From: Fidelibacterota bacterium
GTDB taxonomy: Bacteria > Fidelibacterota > UBA2242 > JAOZSR01
Reading direction: 5' to 3'
DNA length: 64,000 bases
NCBI GenBank assembly: GCA_029939575.1
Contig: JAOZSR010000006.1
Location: forward strand, 4,037 to 68,036
Positions 1-10,007 of this stretch are shown piece by piece (within the stretch, counting starts at the first letter, position 1; every line of letters starts with the position of its first letter). The translations under genes were made by a program, and so were the position numbers. Under the pieces are notes generated by a model, which was not told the origin of the DNA, did no database searches, and saw only the letters and a program-made list of their open reading frames with translations.

Positions 1-614
<614 letters not shown>

Positions 615-689
615 TTAAGTATTAAATAGAGTTCCAGGTTAGTTTGGAGCTCTATCTCTATTATGTTAATATGTAAATTACATTTTTAA

Positions 690-1451
690 TTATTTTGATT
701 TTTTCTCAATATAAGATTTCATAAAAGGTTCAAGCAGATCTATAGGTACAGGGAATATTGTTGTGGAATTATTTTCTACAGCAATATCTTTTAGAGTTTG
801 TAAATATCGTAGTTGGATAGAGGCTGGTTGGGATGCTAATATTTTTGCAGCTTCAGTGAGTTTGTTTGAAGCCTGAAATTCCCCCTCTGCATCAATTATT
901 TTAGCCCTTCGTTCTCGCTCTGCTTCTGCTTGTTTCGCCATTGCCCGCTGCATAACCTGTGGAAGGTCGACATGCTTTATTTCAACTTGTGAAACTTTAA
1001 TTCCCCATGGGTCAGTGTGTTTATCCAGGATTGATTGTAATTCATCATTGATTCTTTCTCGTGATGATAACAACTCATCGAGTTCTGATTCACCTAAAAT
1101 GCTTCTCAGTGTGGTTTGGGCTAATTGAGATGTTGCAAAATTGTAATCTTCTACTTCAATTATTGCTTTTGCTGAGTCCAAAACTCTAAAATAAACAACT
1201 GCGTTAACTTTAATAGAAACATTGTCTTTTGTAATAATGTCCTGCGGTGGAACATCCATAACAACAGTTCTTAAGCTGACTTTTACCATTTTATCTACAA
1301 AGGGAATTAATAAAAACAAGCCCGGGCCTTTTGTTCCGGCTAATCTACCCAATCGAAAAATAACTCCACGTTCATATTCTCTTGTGATTCTGACTGCACT
1401 TACAAAAACGTATAATAATAATACAATAAATACAACAATTGGAATATCCAT
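690..1451 (-). CDS. SPFH/band-7 (stomatin/prohibitin-like) membrane protein
   Basis: N-terminal transmembrane segment followed by an SPFH core ([13 protein letters not shown]...VDLPQ...) and an Ala/Glu/Arg-rich coiled coil ([18 protein letters not shown]). Confidence 0.85.
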   Translation of the reverse strand: MDIPIVVFIVLLLYVFVSAVRITREYERGVIFRLGRLAGTKGPGLFLLIPFVDKMVKVSLRTVVMDVPPQDIITKDNVSIKVNAVVYFRVLDSAKAIIEVEDYNFATSQLAQTTLRSILGESELDELLSSRERINDELQSILDKHTDPWGIKVSQVEIKHVDLPQVMQRAMAKQAEAERERRAKIIDAEGEFQASNKLTEAAKILASQPASIQLRYLQTLKDIAVENNSTTIFPVPIDLLEPFMKSYIEKKSK

Positions 1452-1460
1452 TTTTTCTCC

Positions 1461-2780
1461 TTAGTTTGATTTTTCTACATTTAATTTCATCTTATTTTTT
1501 ACCACAGAAATAACGGTTATTTCATCACCTTTATTAATATTTTGATTAGATGCTGCCAGCCATATTTCTCCGTGGACAAGCACCTTGCCGGTTTTTTCCG
1601 GAGAAATATCATGGATAACTTCACCAAATTCTCCAATTATTCCTTCTGCTCCGGTTGTGACTTTACTCTTATAAGTTTTTAGAGCCATTGTTAGAGCCAG
1701 TATTATGAACACTGCTGTAAATAGCACAAAGGGAATAATTACTTTTAATGAAATTGAAAAAAGTGCTTGCGGTGCTTCAGAATAGTCGATTAACATCATT
1801 GATCCAAATAGCATTGATATTATTCCTCCAATTGTTAATAATCCAAAACTGGTTATACTGACTTCTAAAATAAATAATATTATTCCTACAATTATTAAGG
1901 CCAGTCCGGCATAATTTATTGGTAAAACCTGGAATGAAAAAAATGCCAGGATCAGACAAATTCCGCCTACTATTCCCGGAACCATGGCACCAGGATTTTT
2001 AATTTCGAACAGAACTCCATAAAAACCAAGCATTAGCAGAATATATGATATATTCGGATCACTAATAATGTTTAATATTTTTCGGTGAACTCCGGGAGGT
2101 TTGTTAATAATTTTTTGGTTTTTAGTATTGATTGTTATTTCTTCGGAATTAATTATCACAGTTTTTCCGTCGAGATAATCGATTAATTCCTTTTGGTCTA
2201 CTACAATTGTATCAATAATATTTTTTTCCAAAGCTTCTGTTTCGGTAATTGATACAGATTTACGAACAGCTTGTTCAAGCCATTGCTCATTTCGGTTTCT
2301 CTCTTGTGCTATAGATCGAATATAAGCTACTGCATCATTTGTGACTTTTTCCATCATAGTTTTTGAGTTAGAAGAATCGGGCCGAGAGCCTCCGATTCCC
2401 CCTGAAAGATTGACCGGATGAGCCGCACCGATATTGGTTCCGGGAGCCATTGCAGCAATATGAGCCGATACAGTAATAAAAACTCCGGCCGAAGCTGATT
2501 GGGCACCACTGGGACTGACATATACTATAATAGGAATATTGGAATTTAATATCTCTTTAATAATTTCCCGCATCGAGGTCATTAATCCACCAGGTGTATC
2601 CAGATTAATAATGATGCATTCAATGTCTTTGTCTTGGGCTTTGGAAATATTTTGAGTGATATAGGAATTTGAGACGGGATTAATTACTCCCTCAACATCT
2701 AAAACCCAAATTTCTCCGGCGAATATTCCAGAGATAGAAAAAAGTATTGTTAATAATAAAATAGAAATTTGTTTTTTCAT
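1461..2780 (-). CDS. NfeD-family membrane-bound ClpP-class serine protease (stomatin operon partner)
   Basis: Signal peptide, then a ClpP/S49-like domain (GVINPVS...SPSGAQSASAGVFI...APGTNIGAAHP), multiple transmembrane helices and a C-terminal OB-fold-like tail. It sits 9 nt upstream of the SPFH gene, which is the classic nfeD-stomatin pairing. Confidence 0.8.
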   Translation of the reverse strand: MKKQISILLLTILFSISGIFAGEIWVLDVEGVINPVSNSYITQNISKAQDKDIECIIINLDTPGGLMTSMREIIKEILNSNIPIIVYVSPSGAQSASAGVFITVSAHIAAMAPGTNIGAAHPVNLSGGIGGSRPDSSNSKTMMEKVTNDAVAYIRSIAQERNRNEQWLEQAVRKSVSITETEALEKNIIDTIVVDQKELIDYLDGKTVIINSEEITINTKNQKIINKPPGVHRKILNIISDPNISYILLMLGFYGVLFEIKNPGAMVPGIVGGICLILAFFSFQVLPINYAGLALIIVGIILFILEVSITSFGLLTIGGIISMLFGSMMLIDYSEAPQALFSISLKVIIPFVLFTAVFIILALTMALKTYKSKVTTGAEGIIGEFGEVIHDISPEKTGKVLVHGEIWLAASNQNINKGDEITVISVVKNKMKLNVEKSN

Positions 2781-2847
2781 AAGTATATAAACCTTATTTA
2801 GTTTTTAAATATAAGTGTGTCTGACATAAAAAGCCATTATTTATTAG

Positions 2848-3288
2848 TTATTTTTGTATTAATATGAAATTTAATTCTACTGGATTTTTTTCAGGCGAAG
2901 TAGATGGATAAGCGATTGCCGCTGAGTTTTCCAACTCTGCAATAATAAAATAGTACAAATTGTCGCACTGTGTCATCTCGGGAATTAATAAAAAAATATA
3001 TTTACCATCCTGATATTTCATAGGAAATTCAGAAAAACTTTTGTCAGAACTGCTTTTGATAAAGATTTTAACAGAAATAATATTGTCATCCTGTGCATCT
3101 ACAACACATTCGATTAGAGAATATTTATTGTAATTTAATTTAGTTTTTGGTTCATGATAAATTTTTGGTTTTGATGAATATATCAGACTATCTTGTGCTG
3201 TTGCCGTACTGTCTCCTGGTGTGTTAGGCCAAAGAGTATTGAAAGAGAGTATTACGAATAGTATGGTTGGAATGTGGTTCATATTCAT
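2848..3288 (-). CDS. hypothetical small secreted protein
   Basis: 146 aa with an N-terminal signal peptide (MNMNHIPTILFVILSFNTLW). It lies 10 nt downstream of the barrel gene on the same strand. Confidence 0.4.
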   Translation of the reverse strand: MNMNHIPTILFVILSFNTLWPNTPGDSTATAQDSLIYSSKPKIYHEPKTKLNYNKYSLIECVVDAQDDNIISVKIFIKSSSDKSFSEFPMKYQDGKYIFLLIPEMTQCDNLYYFIIAELENSAAIAYPSTSPEKNPVELNFILIQK

Positions 3289-3298
3289 TTAATCTCTA

Positions 3299-4600
3299 TC
3301 AAAACATCAATGATGTTGAGATTGTAAACTGATGATCCTGATATTTTTGGGTTGTTGTAGTTTCAAAAAAACTGTTATAAATGGATTTTCTACCCAGTAA
3401 TAATTGGTATGCCAGGTTTATTTTTATCTGATTGTCAAGAAAAAATTCAGTACCAATTCCAAATAGATTGAGATTTTTTTCTTCTTTACCTAAATCGAAA
3501 AAGGGTCTGGGAATAATCCTATATCCCAATTGCAAATTAAAAGCATTAAAAACAGGAAAATATAATCCAAAACCAAACTCAATAGTATTTTTTAAATTAG
3601 TATGTATTTCATTATTAATGGCCGGATCAATGGAAATTGAATCAACAATATCAGAGGAAAACTCAAGACCATGCCAGTTTATTGTACTAAAATCCATGGT
3701 GATTTCCAGGTCGTCGTGAAGAAATGAAATTCCCGATGAGATCTTCCATGGTAACTTAATTTCATATTCAATAGGTCCATAGGCATTTGATTCTGATTCT
3801 TCGTACTGAGGTTCCCGATAAAACCAGGAAATATTTCCCTCCTCCCGAACTTTGAGTTTTAATGGCGTTGATGCTGAAAATCCCCACTTAAAATAGGAAA
3901 ATTTATATAAAGTGCCAAAGGTCATATTCCAGCCTCTAAAATTTGGCTCAAAAGTTTCGTAAGCCCCTAATTGAGAATTATCAGTAAAAAGTGTATCAAA
4001 CCCAATGAAGTTATACTCTCTAAAACCATTATAGCTATTAACAGAGAATCCAATAAATAGATTTTTCCTGTATTCTAAAGAAGTACCGAGTCGTAAAGCA
4101 TTTAGGGAGCCGGTTTCTTTTATTTCTTCTTTAAAATAATAATCTTCGTAATAATCATCATTTTTAAAGGAACCTGAATAATTTAATAGGGTATGGTATT
4201 GGGTCGAAGGTGCATAAGACAACCCAAAAACAAGACTTCCCCGGTAAACCGGAACAGAATAAAGAAACCCAAAACCATCAAATCGGAAATAATCATTTGA
4301 AGTGCTAGTATAATTATTATCAAATTTTAGTTTACTGTTTTGGTTAAAATATCCATTTTGAAAGGATAACAATATTTCATTTTGTTTACTAAGGCCCATG
4401 TTTGCCGGATTGGTGGCTAAAGCTGAAATACCGCTGGAAAAAGCAGTGGTGTTAAATGCCATAGCAGATGAGGATGCTCCAAAATCACGAATATACCAAA
4501 ATGGTTTATAAGCATCTTCAAAGGTCTGGGCAAAAATATTGATTGAGATTCCAAACAAAATGATGAAAAAAAGTATAGAGGGTTTAATTGTTTTAATCAT
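3299..4600 (-). CDS. putative outer-membrane beta-barrel transporter, FadL/OMPP1-like
   Basis: Signal peptide. The N-terminal hatch-like motif (GASSSAMAFNTTAFSSGISALATNPANMG) resembles the FadL GLGRAYSG...NPA motif. The protein is rich in aromatic and Gly/Asn/Ser residues and ends in -MF. Confidence 0.45.
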   Translation of the reverse strand: MIKTIKPSILFFIILFGISINIFAQTFEDAYKPFWYIRDFGASSSAMAFNTTAFSSGISALATNPANMGLSKQNEILLSFQNGYFNQNSKLKFDNNYTSTSNDYFRFDGFGFLYSVPVYRGSLVFGLSYAPSTQYHTLLNYSGSFKNDDYYEDYYFKEEIKETGSLNALRLGTSLEYRKNLFIGFSVNSYNGFREYNFIGFDTLFTDNSQLGAYETFEPNFRGWNMTFGTLYKFSYFKWGFSASTPLKLKVREEGNISWFYREPQYEESESNAYGPIEYEIKLPWKISSGISFLHDDLEITMDFSTINWHGLEFSSDIVDSISIDPAINNEIHTNLKNTIEFGFGLYFPVFNAFNLQLGYRIIPRPFFDLGKEEKNLNLFGIGTEFFLDNQIKINLAYQLLLGRKSIYNSFFETTTTQKYQDHQFTISTSLMF

Positions 4601-4609
4601 TTGGAATCC

Positions 4610-5563
4610 CTATTTTTTTTTGCGGGATCTTGATCTGGAAGAACTTTTTGATTTTGAACTGACTGTTCGATTTGATGATTTGGAATTTGATGATCTTTTG
4701 GATTTATATGATGATCTTGATGAACTGGAGGAGGTTCTGCTGGTTGTAGACTCGATAATGGATGAGGAACCTGATTTGCTATTTCTATTTTTTTTGGAAC
4801 TACCGGAATAAGAGGGACTACTTGAAGACGATGAGGAGTTTGAATCAGGGATTATCAGTCTATCGATTTTGTTTTTCTCTTTTTTAGAGTCGCTGGTTTC
4901 AAGTATTAGTTCTCCGGATTTAATGTTTTTTGTAAAATCCGAAACATTTGGTTGGTTTTGAGGGATTGAATATTTTGAACTTGAGTTATAAAAATTATAA
5001 GTATCATCTTGTTTTAATACTTTTCCATTAGTTGAATTTGTATAAAAGCTGTTCGACATATCGGATGAAGTTGTACGGTTATTATTTGAATTTGCTAAAC
5101 CATTAGTTTGGTTTGAGTTGTGTCTTCTACCTTCTGGTAGCTCCGGTCTTGGGGATTGGTTTTTTGAACCGGAGGAAGAACTTCCATATGAGGCAAATCC
5201 GGAATTATAATATCCTGCAATGTAATAATCGTTATAATATCCGTTATAATAACCAAAAGGATTGCTATATCCATAATAGGAATAAGGAGAGTAATAATTG
5301 TTATAGCCATAAACTCCCCGGTAAAAATTTCTGTTAACTTGGTATCCAGGGTAATAATTATCAATACCATGAGAAAAATACATTGGGTCTGCAAAGGAAT
5401 AACAGCTATAGGGATTGTAATATTCTTCAAAATACGGTTCATCCACGATGTTGGGATTTGTTTCTTCACTGGTAATTGGCGGGTGTATAATTGTATAGCA
5501 TCCATGTAAAAGAAAGATTAACATGAAAAGTAAGATTGTATTAGATTTTATTTTATTTAGCAT
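4610..5563 (-). CDS. secreted low-complexity Tyr/Asn/Gly-rich protein with a Ser/Arg/Lys-rich C-terminal tail
   Basis: Signal peptide (MLNKIKSNTILLFMLIFLLHGC), a long tract of YY/GY/NY repeats (YYSPYSYYGYSNPFGYYNGYYNDYYIAGYYNSGF) and a tail ending ...SSSSSRSSYKSKRSSNSKSSNRTVSSKSKSSSRSRSRKKK. No known domain recognised. Confidence 0.5.
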   Translation of the reverse strand: MLNKIKSNTILLFMLIFLLHGCYTIIHPPITSEETNPNIVDEPYFEEYYNPYSCYSFADPMYFSHGIDNYYPGYQVNRNFYRGVYGYNNYYSPYSYYGYSNPFGYYNGYYNDYYIAGYYNSGFASYGSSSSGSKNQSPRPELPEGRRHNSNQTNGLANSNNNRTTSSDMSNSFYTNSTNGKVLKQDDTYNFYNSSSKYSIPQNQPNVSDFTKNIKSGELILETSDSKKEKNKIDRLIIPDSNSSSSSSSPSYSGSSKKNRNSKSGSSSIIESTTSRTSSSSSRSSYKSKRSSNSKSSNRTVSSKSKSSSRSRSRKKK

Positions 5564-5616
5564 AATGATGCCTCCATTTTCAATTTAATTTATTAAACAA
5601 TTAATATTTAAGCAAG

Positions 5617-5647
5617 TTTCATTCAATCCAATAAAAATTGAATGAAA
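5617..5647. promoter_or_regulatory. perfect 10-bp inverted repeat (TTTCATTCAA-N11-TTGAATGAAA) in the promoter region of the minus-strand 5563..2848 operon
   Basis: Seen directly in the sequence, about 54 bp upstream of the start of the low-complexity gene. Candidate operator. Confidence 0.3.
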
Positions 5648-6018
5648 TCTAAAATGATATTTATCACATTGGAAAAAGTGAGCATTCTATCGAAAAATTC
5701 ATAGGTTTTAAATTTAGCTTCAGTTTAGTCATTAAATATTATTAATATTCTAAGAGCCATAGTGTTTTATTGGTAGAAATTTGTGGATAATACCGGCTAA
5801 ATAAATCGGCAAAGGATGTTGTCTGCTAAACTCGTTCGGTTATTGCCATTGAAATTGGTCCAATATTTCATACCCTTATTCTGTAAATTAACAAAAAAGA
5901 TTATTTGTTTTAAGAGTGAATTTTTTGCTCTTCATTTTAGTTGATTTTTTAAAGACGTTAATGTAAATTTTTAAGCTCTTCAGAGTTAACCTGAAGATGA
6001 AAAGTAAGTTGAAAAAAT

Positions 6019-6240
6019 ATGTCGCAAATTGGAAAAACAGTAATAATTTATGGAGTGCTGGTAATAATACTAGGACTGCTGGTCAGTTATGGCAGCATGA
6101 TACCATTTATCAGCAAGTTAGGTCATTTGCCAGGAGATTTTGTGATTAAAAAGGGTGGTTTTTCCTTATATGTTCCTGTTACTACTTGCTTGATAATTAG
6201 TTTGATTATTCATTTGATATTAAATATAGTACGCCGTTAG
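6019..6240 (+). CDS. DUF2905-family small membrane protein
   Basis: 73 aa with two transmembrane segments and a central LPGDFVIKKGGFSLYVP motif typical of DUF2905. Confidence 0.55.
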   Translation: MSQIGKTVIIYGVLVIILGLLVSYGSMIPFISKLGHLPGDFVIKKGGFSLYVPVTTCLIISLIIHLILNIVRR

Positions 6241-6251
6241 GAGGTATTTTA

Positions 6252-9200
6252 GTGATTAAAAAGGTTCAGCCAAATGTTGACTTTATTAAACTTGAACATG
6301 ATATGCTAGACTTCTGGGAAGAGTCTGATATTTTTAAAAAATTAATTGAGAAAAATAAAGATAATCCAAAATGGTCATTTCAGGATGGCCCTATCACAGC
6401 TAATAATCCAATGGGTGTTCATCATGCCTGGGGACGGAGTTATAAAGATATTTTTCAGCGTTATAAGGCCATGAACGGATTCATAACTCGTTATCAAAAC
6501 GGTTTTGATTGCCAGGGACTTTGGGTGGAAGTAGAAGTTGAAAAACAACTGGGTTTTAAATCAAAAACCGACATTGAAGAATATGGCATAGAAAATTTTG
6601 TAAATAAATGTAAAGAGAGAGTAATAAAATATTCAAAAATACAAACCGAACAGTCCAAAAGGCTTGGGTATTGGATGGATTGGGATAATTCATATTATAC
6701 TATGTCAGAGGAAAATAATTATACAATCTGGCTATTTTTGAAAAAATGTAATGAAAAAGGCTGGATTTATAAAGGCCATGATGTTATGCCATGGTGTACC
6801 AGGTGTGGAGCTGCTCTGTCAGAACATGAAATCGCGACAGAAGGTTACAAAGAAATGACCCATACCAGTGTGACTGTTAAATTTCCATTAATTGATAAAA
6901 AGAATGAGTTCCTGCTTGTATGGACAACAACTCCCTGGACGCTTACATCAAATACTGCTGCTGCTGTACATCCTGAAAAAACATATTTAAAGATAAAACA
7001 GGGTGAAGAAATTTTTTACATAATTGAAGGCAGAGAAGAAATTATTAAAGGTGAATATTCTATCGTTGGGTCTTTAATCGGAAAAGAAATGCTCAATTGG
7101 AAATACAATGGCCCCTTTGATGAATTGCCTATTCAAAAAGATGTAAAACATAAAGTTATTTTCTGGGAAGATATTACTGAAACCGAAGGTACAGGAATAG
7201 TACATATTGCGCCCGGCTGTGGACAGGAAGATCATCAGTTAAGCAAAGAATTTGATTTGTCAGTTATTGCACCTTTAGATCAATTTGGTAATTACCTGGA
7301 AGGCTTTGATTGGCTTACAGGGATGAATGTCGATGACGTGCTTAAACCAATTTTGAAAATTTTAGAAGAAAAATCTATAAAATATAGTTATGATCCTTAT
7401 ACTCACCGTTATCCGATTTGCTGGCGTCATGGAACTCCACTTGTATTTCGTCTGGTTGATGAATGGTTTATCAGTATGGACGAAGTTCGTCAGGATATGA
7501 TGGAGGTAACAAAACAAATTCGCTGGATTCCGGAATACGGTCTAAGTCGTGAATTGGATTGGCTAAAAAATATGCATGACTGGATGATCTCCAAAAAAAG
7601 ATATTGGGGTTTAGCATTACCAATTTATGAATGCCAGGACTGTGGAAAAATTACTGTATTAGGTAGCCGTGAGGAATTAAAAGAAAGAGCCGTTGAAGGC
7701 TGGGAAGAATTCGAAGGAAATACTCCTCATCGCCCCTGGATTGATAAAGTCAAAATCCGTTGCGAGTGTGGTAGCCTGGTGAATAGAGTTGAGGATGTTG
7801 GAAATCCATGGCTGGATGCCGGAATTGTTCCCTATTCTACCCTGCATTATACAACAGATCATGATTATTGGAAAGAATGGTTTCCGGCTGAATTTATTTG
7901 CGAATCTTTACCCGGTCAATTCCGAAATTGGTTTTATTCATTGCTGGCCATGAGTACTGTACTTGAGAAAAAACCGCCATTTTTGACTATTCTTGGTCAT
8001 GCCCTGGTAAAAGATGAAAAAGGCGATGATATGCACAAAAGTGCCGGAAACGCCATTTGGTTTGAAGAAGCTGCAGAAAAAATGGGCGTTGATGTAATGC
8101 GTTGGTTATATGCTTCACATAATCCTTTTAATAACCTAAATTTTGGCTATCATGTTGCTTCAGATGTACGAAAGCGTTTGATAACACTTTGGAATTCCTA
8201 TTCATTTTTTGCAACTTATGCTGAACTTGATAATTATTCAAAAGATAAACATAAAGTAGAATATAAAGATCTTTCTGAACTTGATTTGTGGCTTTTAGCC
8301 AGGTTAAATTTATTAATAAAGAAAAGCAGATATGATTATGATAATTATTCTGTTGTCAGTGTAATGAAGCAACTTAATATTTTTCTGGAAGATCTTTCCA
8401 ACTGGTACATAAGAAGAAGCAGGCGTAGATTTTGGAAATCTGAAGATGATAACGATAAATGGGGTGCTTACCAGACACTTTATGAAGCATTAAAAGGGAT
8501 AATTTTAGTCATGGCTCCGGTAACTCCCTTTATAACTGAAGCAATTTATCAGAATCTTGTTAGAAATCTTGATCCTGAGGCGCCGGAAAGTATTCATTTG
8601 CATGAATTTCCAAAAGTTGATGAATCATTGATTGATGAGAAATTAATCAGGAACATTAATAGTGTAATTAAAATTGTCAGTATGGGCAGAGCTGCCAGAA
8701 ATAAGGTTAATCTTAAAGTGAGACAACCGTTACAAAAACTGCTGATCAAACTACCACCCGAGATATCTGCAAAGGATTTTGAAATTTTTTCTACTCAGAT
8801 TATTGAGGAATTAAATGTTAAAAAAATTGAGATTATTGAGGATGATAGTCATTTGGCAAGTTATGTAATTAAACCGAATTTTGCAGTATTGGGGAATAAA
8901 TATAAAAAACAAGTAGGCCTGATTAGAGCCCAAATCAGTAAATTGAATCCAGCAGAAGTTGCCCCAAAAATTGAAAAAGGTGGAACTGTTGAGATACAGG
9001 TTGCAGAAGAAAAAATATTTTTAACTGCTGAAGACATTCTGGTAGAACGAAAAGACAAAGACGGTTTTTCTACAACTTTTGATTCTGATTATTCTGTAGC
9101 AATTGATACAATATTAACAGAAGAGTTAAAACGGGAAGGACTGGTAAGGGATTTTATCAGGCAAATACAGACAATGAGAAAAGAGGCTGATTTTCAGGTT

Positions 9201-9395
9201 GAAGATAGAATAAATATTACTTTTGATTCAATCAGTTTACTTGATGAAGCCCTCAAAGAAAACATTGAATATTTTAAAACTGAAACATTAGTGAATAATA
9301 TTGAACATTCATTTTCTCAGGGCGAATATGATAAAGATATTAAAGTTGGAAAAGAGAAATTTAAAGTCTCAATAAGCCGCATAATAAATATTTAG
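6252..9395 (+). CDS. ileS: isoleucine--tRNA ligase (type 2, 1047 aa)
   Basis: HIGH-type motif (PMGVHHAWG), a KMSKS-type motif (DDMHKSAGN) and a CP1 editing region. GTG start preceded by GGAGGT. Confidence 0.95.
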   Translation: MIKKVQPNVDFIKLEHDMLDFWEESDIFKKLIEKNKDNPKWSFQDGPITANNPMGVHHAWGRSYKDIFQRYKAMNGFITRYQNGFDCQGLWVEVEVEKQLGFKSKTDIEEYGIENFVNKCKERVIKYSKIQTEQSKRLGYWMDWDNSYYTMSEENNYTIWLFLKKCNEKGWIYKGHDVMPWCTRCGAALSEHEIATEGYKEMTHTSVTVKFPLIDKKNEFLLVWTTTPWTLTSNTAAAVHPEKTYLKIKQGEEIFYIIEGREEIIKGEYSIVGSLIGKEMLNWKYNGPFDELPIQKDVKHKVIFWEDITETEGTGIVHIAPGCGQEDHQLSKEFDLSVIAPLDQFGNYLEGFDWLTGMNVDDVLKPILKILEEKSIKYSYDPYTHRYPICWRHGTPLVFRLVDEWFISMDEVRQDMMEVTKQIRWIPEYGLSRELDWLKNMHDWMISKKRYWGLALPIYECQDCGKITVLGSREELKERAVEGWEEFEGNTPHRPWIDKVKIRCECGSLVNRVEDVGNPWLDAGIVPYSTLHYTTDHDYWKEWFPAEFICESLPGQFRNWFYSLLAMSTVLEKKPPFLTILGHALVKDEKGDDMHKSAGNAIWFEEAAEKMGVDVMRWLYASHNPFNNLNFGYHVASDVRKRLITLWNSYSFFATYAELDNYSKDKHKVEYKDLSELDLWLLARLNLLIKKSRYDYDNYSVVSVMKQLNIFLEDLSNWYIRRSRRRFWKSEDDNDKWGAYQTLYEALKGIILVMAPVTPFITEAIYQNLVRNLDPEAPESIHLHEFPKVDESLIDEKLIRNINSVIKIVSMGRAARNKVNLKVRQPLQKLLIKLPPEISAKDFEIFSTQIIEELNVKKIEIIEDDSHLASYVIKPNFAVLGNKYKKQVGLIRAQISKLNPAEVAPKIEKGGTVEIQVAEEKIFLTAEDILVERKDKDGFSTTFDSDYSVAIDTILTEELKREGLVRDFIRQIQTMRKEADFQVEDRINITFDSISLLDEALKENIEYFKTETLVNNIEHSFSQGEYDKDIKVGKEKFKVSISRIINI

Positions 9396-9403
9396 GAGAT
9401 GGC

Positions 9404-9799
9404 ATGGCGAACAAACAAAATGCAAAGAAGTGGAGTCAGAAAAATCTGGACTATTTCAAAGAATTAATGCTTAAAAAACGTAAAGAAACTATAAAAGAAA
9501 TCGAACGATTGGAAAGAGTGATCGGGCATGACAGGTCAGGCGAAAGCAAATCAAATGTTGAATCCAGTTATTCATATCACATGGCGGATGTAGGAACAGA
9601 TTCACAGGAACGTGAAAAAGCATTTCTTTGGCTCTCAAGAGAAAATAAATTCTTAGGGCATATTAGTAATGCTATTGATAGAATAAATAATGGCGTCTAT
9701 GGCATTTGTATTGAATGTGGTGATTTAATTCCAAAAGAACGGCTCGAGGAAGTACCACATACTCAACATTGTTTTGCCTGCAAAACAAAGCCAAAATAA
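9404..9799 (+). CDS. DksA/TraR-family C4 zinc-finger protein
   Basis: C-terminal CIECGDLIPKERL...HCFACK four-Cys finger with a coiled-coil N-terminal region. It follows ileS directly, as is common in Bacteroidota-like genomes. Confidence 0.7.
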   Translation: MANKQNAKKWSQKNLDYFKELMLKKRKETIKEIERLERVIGHDRSGESKSNVESSYSYHMADVGTDSQEREKAFLWLSRENKFLGHISNAIDRINNGVYGICIECGDLIPKERLEEVPHTQHCFACKTKPK

Positions 9800-9811
9800 A
9801 TTTTTAATTTT

Positions 9812-9847
9812 AAATAGATGTTATTAATAAAAAAGTGGCATCTATTT
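9812..9847. terminator. hairpin AAATAGATG-N18-CATCTATTT downstream of the DksA/TraR gene
   Basis: 9-bp perfect stem seen in the sequence. It is not followed by a clean T-tract, so terminator function is uncertain. Confidence 0.35.
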
Positions 9848-10007
9848 AAAATATTCAATATTTTTATATAGATAACAGAATTAATTCTGCTTTTTTAATT
9901 ATTCAATATGAGTTTAATATTTGAAAAATCAATTAATTCAAAATAATAATAAAAAATTACCTGTATCATAAAATATTATATTTAAACAAACTTTAAAAAC
10001 TGTTTAA

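Noticed and set aside
4539-4811. Plus-strand 90-aa acidic ORF (DLDLEELFDFELTV…)
   Set aside because: It is the antisense mirror of the Ser/Arg/Lys-rich tail of the minus-strand gene at 4610..5563, so it is a compositional artefact.
5095-5505. Nested ORFs on both strands inside the low-complexity gene
   Set aside because: They are fully contained within the 4610..5563 CDS and arise from repetitive codon composition.
6140-6165. T-box-like AAGGGTGG string upstream of ileS
   Set aside because: It lacks the ACCGCG half of the T-box motif and no specifier or antiterminator structure is evident. It lies in the coding sequence of the DUF2905 gene.
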